DNA of 64,000 nt from the NCBI GenBank assembly GCA_963667015.2, contig CAXXJJ010000004.1, positions 896,001 through 960,000 on the forward strand, in the 5' to 3' direction. A program made the position numbers and the translations under genes. The stretch comes from Desulfatiglandales bacterium (lineage in GTDB: Bacteria; Desulfobacterota; DSM-4660; Desulfatiglandales; HGW-15). The first letter of the stretch is position 1. Every line of letters starts with the position of its first letter. The notes under the pieces are model-generated. The model ran no database searches. It was given only the letters and a program-made list of their open reading frames with translations, and was not told the origin of the DNA. Below, one piece after another: positions 58,752-64,000 of this stretch.

Positions 58752-59855
58752 TTACTTACTGTAATCGGATTTCAGCTTTTTTTCCTTTTCGTATCGATCC
58801 AGAGCAAGACTGATAAGATGATCAATAAGCTCAGAGTACTCGAAACCGCTTGCCTTAAAAAGCATCGGGTACATGCTTATTGAGGTAAAGCCAGGAATAG
58901 TATTAACCTCATTTACAATTACGGACCCGTCCTCCTTTAAAAAAGAGTCGACCCTGGCCAGCCCTTCACAGCACAGAGACTTAAAGGACCTGATTGCAAC
59001 CTCCTGGATTTTTTTCTTAACATCTTCCGGTAAATCAGCAGGAATATTCAGCAATGCACCGCTCTCATCAATGTACTTTGCATCGTAGGAATAAAAATCA
59101 TGCTGGGTGCATATTTCACCAGGCACAGAGGCTACTGGGTTTTCATTACCCAGAATAGCGCACTCTATCTCCCTGCCTTTGATAAATTCCTCCACCAGCA
59201 CCTTTCTGTCAAAGTTAAACGCATCATTTAATGCAGATTCAAATTCTTCTTTTGTGCCCACCTTGTGTACACCTACCGAAGAACCCATGTTTGCCGGTTT
59301 TATAAATAAGGGTAATCCAAGCTCTTCAGCTATCTCATCAAATACAGCGTCATCCTTTTCATGCGCCAGTATAACCCTGAATTTTCCGATAGGAATACCG
59401 CTGTCTCGAAAAAGCCGTTTCATCACATCTTTATCCATACCCACCGCTGAACCCAGGACACCGGATCCTACAAAGGGTATCCCGGCCAGCTTTAACAGCC
59501 CCTGCATTGTACCGTCTTCACCCATGGGTCCGTGCAGGACAGGAAAGATCACATCAACCGCAGGGGTATTTCCCGAATCTGCAAGGCTGACGATTTTAGA
59601 GTCGGGTTCTCCCGGTACGAGGGCAAGAACATCTCTCCCGGAGATGACATCCTGATCGGGTATGGTTCCGGCTTCCAGCATCAGCTCAGCTGATTTACCG
59701 ATACACCATTTACCTTTTTTTGTTATACCGATAAGTGAAACCTGATATTTATCCTTATCAATTGCAGCAGCAATATTTTTTGCAGACATTATTGATATCT
59801 CATGTTCAGCGGACTGGCCTCCAAAGAGTATTCCGACTTTTATTTTTTTACTCAT
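58752..59855 (-). CDS. ddl: D-alanine--D-alanine ligase
   Basis: FGGQSAEHEIS, FPVLHGPMGEDG, KPANMGSSVG, FYSYDAKY, NEVNTIPGFT. Confidence 0.95.
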   Translation of the reverse strand: MSKKIKVGILFGGQSAEHEISIMSAKNIAAAIDKDKYQVSLIGITKKGKWCIGKSAELMLEAGTIPDQDVISGRDVLALVPGEPDSKIVSLADSGNTPAVDVIFPVLHGPMGEDGTMQGLLKLAGIPFVGSGVLGSAVGMDKDVMKRLFRDSGIPIGKFRVILAHEKDDAVFDEIAEELGLPLFIKPANMGSSVGVHKVGTKEEFESALNDAFNFDRKVLVEEFIKGREIECAILGNENPVASVPGEICTQHDFYSYDAKYIDESGALLNIPADLPEDVKKKIQEVAIRSFKSLCCEGLARVDSFLKEDGSVIVNEVNTIPGFTSISMYPMLFKASGFEYSELIDHLISLALDRYEKEKKLKSDYSK

Positions 59856-59873
59856 TCCTGATACCTCACATTC

Positions 59874-60959
59874 TTATGGATGGGCACTAGTTAACTTAAC
59901 AGCGTTAACAGGACAAACCTCGTGACAGCAGTAACACCTTATACATTTTGAATAATCAACAACTGCCATTTCATCAACCATTTTTATGGCATTTTTGGGA
60001 CAAATATTTTTGCATTCCCCGCATCCGATACATTTTTCTGTCATGACCGGATTTTTGGATTGGGCCTTTTTCCCGGTCTGCAGATGAGACGCGGTATTGG
60101 GCATTAAAAAATCATTTATCCTGTTCTCATCAGGTTTAAGAAGAGGATATTCTATTTTTTCCGGCCACATTCCCCTTATCCTGGCCCTTTTTAAAAGAGG
60201 AATGCCTGTCGGCTCAATACCAATCAGTTTACATACCGATATATCCATTGCAACCCCGTTGTCTGAGGCCATGGCAAGCCCTATATCAATCGGATCCCCC
60301 CCGCCGGCAGGTCCCTGGCCATGCATACCGAGAACCGCATCCATTATAAATAAATCAGGATTTAAAAACGAAAACACATCCAGAAGCAGATCCCCGAATG
60401 CCATTTTACCTGGAAACATCGCATGGTATTTGGCCTTAACCAGTCCGGGAACAGCTCCATACATGTTTTTACATGCAAGGGTCAGATATTGCAGAGAATG
60501 GGTTTTCAGCTTAGGTAAACCGATTATTTTATCCGCCTTAAAGACATAATTGCATATGGGAATTCTTTTTACCTTAATGCCATCCGGAATAATTACCTTT
60601 TCCGATCCGATGTCATAATTTACAGGAATTCCCTCCTCTTTTGCCATTGCCCCGATACCGGTCTTTTCATATGCCTTTTCCAGTATCTTTTTGGAAAATC
60701 TCCCAGCGGGGGAATCACCGATATAGGGTAATCCTCCTGCCTTTTTTACTTCTCGTGCAACCGCTCTCACAAATTCAGGGTTGGTAGTAACCGCCTCTTC
60801 AGGCCCCCTGGCAGACAGCAGATTTACCTTAAGAAGTACATTGTCACCCTTTTTTATAAAACTCCGCATTCCTCCGATGGGTGCAAGCAACGAAGCTATA
60901 TCGGGTTCTTCATAATTTGTTTTTTTTATTGATACCGAACTTGCTTCATAAGCAGACAT
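59874..60959 (-). CDS. DUF362 domain protein with C-terminal 2x[4Fe-4S]
   Basis: VLLKVNL, LPKLKTH, KNMYG..PG..K, CIGCGECKNICP, CIRCYCCHEVCP. Confidence 0.9.
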   Translation of the reverse strand: MSAYEASSVSIKKTNYEEPDIASLLAPIGGMRSFIKKGDNVLLKVNLLSARGPEEAVTTNPEFVRAVAREVKKAGGLPYIGDSPAGRFSKKILEKAYEKTGIGAMAKEEGIPVNYDIGSEKVIIPDGIKVKRIPICNYVFKADKIIGLPKLKTHSLQYLTLACKNMYGAVPGLVKAKYHAMFPGKMAFGDLLLDVFSFLNPDLFIMDAVLGMHGQGPAGGGDPIDIGLAMASDNGVAMDISVCKLIGIEPTGIPLLKRARIRGMWPEKIEYPLLKPDENRINDFLMPNTASHLQTGKKAQSKNPVMTEKCIGCGECKNICPKNAIKMVDEMAVVDYSKCIRCYCCHEVCPVNAVKLTSAHP

Positions 60960-61200
60960 TTTCTCTTACCAGTATGAATATCTTTTAAGGGATAAATAAG
61001 AATACCCTGCATATTATTGAGTCAGAATTCTAAGGAATAATATCTTGCGTTTTAATAATAAGGCTATAAAATAATATATCTTTTTCTAAAAGATTTATGA
61101 CTATCATCATTAGTGTCCAAAATAAAGTGGAATAATGTTTTAATGTTACCCAAAATGTGATTACCAAATTCTAATAAACCTCCCTGCAGAGGAGTAAACA

Positions 61201-61947
61201 ATGAAAAAACAATTTTTACCGGTCTTTATACTTGCTTCGCTATTGATATTTATTCCATCCTGTACAACCGATCAATCTTCTGCGTTTATCAGGGCAATGG
61301 GAGACAATATACTCGGAAGCGGCACAACAGCACCACTGACAAACGACAGGATTATTGCAGGACTTAAAGAGGCCTTAAAAGTAGGAACGGATAAAGCCAT
61401 CACAACGCTTTCCTCTGAAGGTAGTTTTTTTAATACCCCGGAAATTAAAATTCCAATCCCGGCTTCCCTAAAAAAAATTGAAGACAATGCAAGAAAGGTT
61501 GGCCTGGGTTTTTATTTCGATTCTTTTGAAAAGAGTATGAACACAGCAGCAGAAAAGGCCGCACCGCTGGCTAAAAAAATAGTATTTAATGCCCTGAAAG
61601 ATATGACCTTTTCCGATGCAAAAAAGATACTGTACGGCAGGGATAATGAAGCTACTCTTTATTTCAAAGAAAAAAGCTTCAATGAGCTTATGAACATCTT
61701 TAAGCCCTCAGTCCATTCTGCCATGTCAAAGACCGGGGTAACCAAAAAATATCAGGACATCGAGACAAAGATAAAAAGCATGCCTTTTATCGCGGCACTA
61801 CCTGTTAATTTCGATCTTGATTCCTATGTATCGGAAAATGCCCTGAATGGAATTTTTTATATACTTGAAAAGGAAGAGAAAAAAATAAGAGAAGACCCGG
61901 CAGCCAGGATAACCGAACTTCTCAGGGATGTATTCGGAAGAAAATAG
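61201..61947 (+). CDS. DUF4197 family lipoprotein
   Basis: AGLKEAL.VG, IKIP.P, SMN.AAEKA, ATLYF, EEKKIREDPAAR.TELL..VFG. Confidence 0.9.
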   Translation: MKKQFLPVFILASLLIFIPSCTTDQSSAFIRAMGDNILGSGTTAPLTNDRIIAGLKEALKVGTDKAITTLSSEGSFFNTPEIKIPIPASLKKIEDNARKVGLGFYFDSFEKSMNTAAEKAAPLAKKIVFNALKDMTFSDAKKILYGRDNEATLYFKEKSFNELMNIFKPSVHSAMSKTGVTKKYQDIETKIKSMPFIAALPVNFDLDSYVSENALNGIFYILEKEEKKIREDPAARITELLRDVFGRK

Positions 61948-61953
61948 ATAATT

Positions 61954-62063
61954 TCCATTCAAAAAAGAATTTTTTGAATGGAGCTTTCAGCATTCAGCTA
62001 TCAGCCAGACCTCCCTGTTTTATATGTTTTTGATGAAAGCTGAACGCTTACGGCTGATAGCTG
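61954..62063. repeat. Family A palindromic element, copy 3 (core only)
   Basis: GAATGGAGCTTTCAGCATTCAGCTATCAGCC...GAAAGCTGAACGCTTACGGCTGATAGCTG. Confidence 0.75.
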
Positions 62064-62140
62064 CCGTTGTACTGGTATTTGACATATCCTCCTCATTCCC
62101 TTATATATTTTTATCCTTATAAACAATTTCCGGAGATACC

Positions 62141-63133
62141 ATGAAAAGGTCTTTTATATTTATACTGGTGTTATTTTCTATCTTTACCTTATCCCAGTCT
62201 GCCTTTGCCAGAAAATTTGTAACCATAGGTACGGGTGCAGTTACCGGCGTATACTATCCTACCGGCGGAGCTATAACCAGAATGCTCAATAATAAATCCG
62301 ATCAATACGGCATCAAGGCTACCGTGGAATCAACGGCCGGGTCCGTATACAATATAAATGCAGTGATAAGCGGAGATCTTGAATTCGGCATCGCCCAGTC
62401 AGACAGACAGTATCAGGCAATTCACGGAAAGGCAGAATGGTCAAAGGCGGGACCGCTTAAAAAACTCCGATCAGTATTTTCCATTCATACTGAAACAATA
62501 ACCCTGATCGCATCGGCTGAAAGTAACATTAACTCAGTTTCCGACCTGAGGAATAAACGGGTAAACATTGGAAATCCCGGTTCAGGCCAGATGCAGAATT
62601 CAAAGGATATCCTGTCTGCCTTTGGAATGACCACGGATGATATAAAGACGGAATACGTCAAGGCAGTTGAGGCACCCGGTCTTTTTCAGGATGAAAAACT
62701 GGATGCCTATTTTTACACAGTTGGTCATCCCAACGGAAATATAAAGGAAGCAACTTCAGGAAGGATAAAGGTTGATATTGTATCAATCACAGGACCGGAA
62801 ATCGACAGCATGCTGACTCGTTATCCCTATTACGCAAAAACTGTTATCCCGGGTGAGTTTTATCCCAATAAGGCAAAAAAGGGTGAGGTGCAGAGCATTG
62901 GTGTAAAGGCGACGTTAATAACATCATCTGATGTGGATGATGACACAGTATATGCAGTTACAAAAGAGGTTTTTGAAAACCTTGAAGAATTTAAGACATT
63001 GCATCCAGCCTATTCAATACTCACAAAAGAAAATATGCTTGAAGGGCTTTCTGCACCGATCCACCCGGGTGCATTGAGGTATTATAGAGAGGCAGGACTT
63101 GATAAATTTATAAAACCGGAGTTGATTAAATAA
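62141..63133 (+). CDS. TAXI-family TRAP transporter solute receptor
   Basis: VTIGTG.VTGVYYPTGG, STAGSV.N, QSD, GNPGSG, PIHPGALRYY.E. Confidence 0.93.
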   Translation: MKRSFIFILVLFSIFTLSQSAFARKFVTIGTGAVTGVYYPTGGAITRMLNNKSDQYGIKATVESTAGSVYNINAVISGDLEFGIAQSDRQYQAIHGKAEWSKAGPLKKLRSVFSIHTETITLIASAESNINSVSDLRNKRVNIGNPGSGQMQNSKDILSAFGMTTDDIKTEYVKAVEAPGLFQDEKLDAYFYTVGHPNGNIKEATSGRIKVDIVSITGPEIDSMLTRYPYYAKTVIPGEFYPNKAKKGEVQSIGVKATLITSSDVDDDTVYAVTKEVFENLEEFKTLHPAYSILTKENMLEGLSAPIHPGALRYYREAGLDKFIKPELIK

Positions 63134-63138
63134 AAATC

Positions 63139-63211
63139 AGGGTTCAAGGGGGCAAGGGTTCCAGGGGTAATAAAAGTCTTTCACTCGAACCCTTGACACC
63201 TTGAACCCTTT
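63139..63211. repeat. Octamer-type palindromic intergenic element
   Basis: AGGGTTCAAGGGGGCAAGGGTTCCAGG...CTCGAACCCTTGACACCTTGAACCCT. Confidence 0.7.
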
Positions 63212-63219
63212 TTTATGCC

Positions 63220-64000
63220 ATGCAAATAAAATCATCAAAACTATCAAAAATAAAGGCTGAGACAGGAGATATAAGGACCTTCAGGTTCTATGAAAAATAT
63301 ATCTTCGGAACAGTTGCTGTGTTCTGGGCTGTTATACAGCTGTACCAGGCCTGGAGACGGGTGTTTGACAGCACACAGATAAGGACAATTCACCTTGCAT
63401 TCAGCATAGCACTTCTGTTTCTTTCAATACCCTTTTTTAAAACTCCCAAACGCTTCTTAAAATCTTTATCCACGACCGATCATATTCCAGTTATAGACTA
63501 TCTAATCGCCATTGTTTCGGCTGCTGCAGCCCTTTATCTGACGCTTGACTATGAGGCAATAGCAATGAGGGCCGGAATGCCCACAACCCTTGATCTTGTA
63601 ACAGGGGTTGTGCTCGTGCTGCTTCTTCTGGAAGCAGCACGCAGGAGCATAGGCCCTGCTCTTTCAGTAATAGCCTTACTGTTTACTGTTTATGCTTTTC
63701 TGGGCCCTTATCTTCCCGATCTCTTTGCCTTCAAGGGAGCATCCCTTAGAAAATATCTCAGCAACGTTACACTCTCAACCGAAGGGATATACGGTATACC
63801 TCTGGGAGTATCTGCATCAATCGTGTATCTGTTCGTCCTGATGGGGGCTCTTTTAGACAGAGCAGGTGCAGGCAGTTTTTTTACAAACCTTGCATTATCC
63901 ATACTTGGGAAATACAAAGGCGGCGCTGCAAAGGCGGCAGTGGTTTCAAGCGGGGCAACGGGCATTATATCGGGATCAAGCATTGCCAATATTGTTACTA
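63220..64000 (+). CDS. TRAP transporter 4TM/12TM fused permease (runs off the window)
   Basis: IHLAF, LEAARRSIGPAL, TEGIYGIPLGVSA, GGAAKAAVVSS. Confidence 0.9.
   Translation, partial: MQIKSSKLSKIKAETGDIRTFRFYEKYIFGTVAVFWAVIQLYQAWRRVFDSTQIRTIHLAFSIALLFLSIPFFKTPKRFLKSLSTTDHIPVIDYLIAIVSAAAALYLTLDYEAIAMRAGMPTTLDLVTGVVLVLLLLEAARRSIGPALSVIALLFTVYAFLGPYLPDLFAFKGASLRKYLSNVTLSTEGIYGIPLGVSASIVYLFVLMGALLDRAGAGSFFTNLALSILGKYKGGAAKAAVVSSGATGIISGSSIANIVT

Noticed and set aside
19034..63989. Numerous 60-200 aa antisense or alternate-frame ORFs inside long genes
   Set aside because: Shadow ORFs of well-supported genes with no independent evidence.
1..64000. CRISPR array or diversity-generating retroelement
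   Set aside because: No regularly spaced repeat-spacer series, cas gene or reverse transcriptase was seen; differences between the duplicated C-terminal domains are not adenine-specific.

Overview
AT-rich chromosomal segment whose gene content resembles an anaerobic Desulfobacterota (sulfate-reducer-like) bacterium; the taxonomy is inferred. 1-4.2 kb is the right end of a prophage: C-terminus of a large virion-like protein, a lysis cassette and two accessory genes. It ends at a duplicated 3' end of tRNA-Sec (att site, 4172-4196). 8-18 kb holds two secreted proteins with unrelated bodies but the same ~133-aa Gly-linked C-terminal domain; the larger (~1980 aa when rejoined) is split by an intact ISAzo13-family element with a 3-bp TSD. 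18.8-27 kb encodes two tandem AprA-like flavoproteins around an AprB-like ferredoxin, a MATE pump and an aldehyde:ferredoxin oxidoreductase. 27-31 kb is a compact operon of [NiFe] hydrogenase large subunit (no C-terminal extension), Tat-exported small subunit and a CxxCH heme-c chemoreceptor; this is the best candidate for an unusual system (periplasmic H2 sensing coupled to chemotaxis). The rest is a mosaic of hydrolases, transporters, signalling proteins and decayed genes, punctuated by several families of short palindromic repeats. It ends with ddl, DUF362, DUF4197 and a TAXI-TRAP transporter. No CRISPR array, rRNA or complete tRNA was seen. All family calls come from motif recognition by eye, not from database searches.
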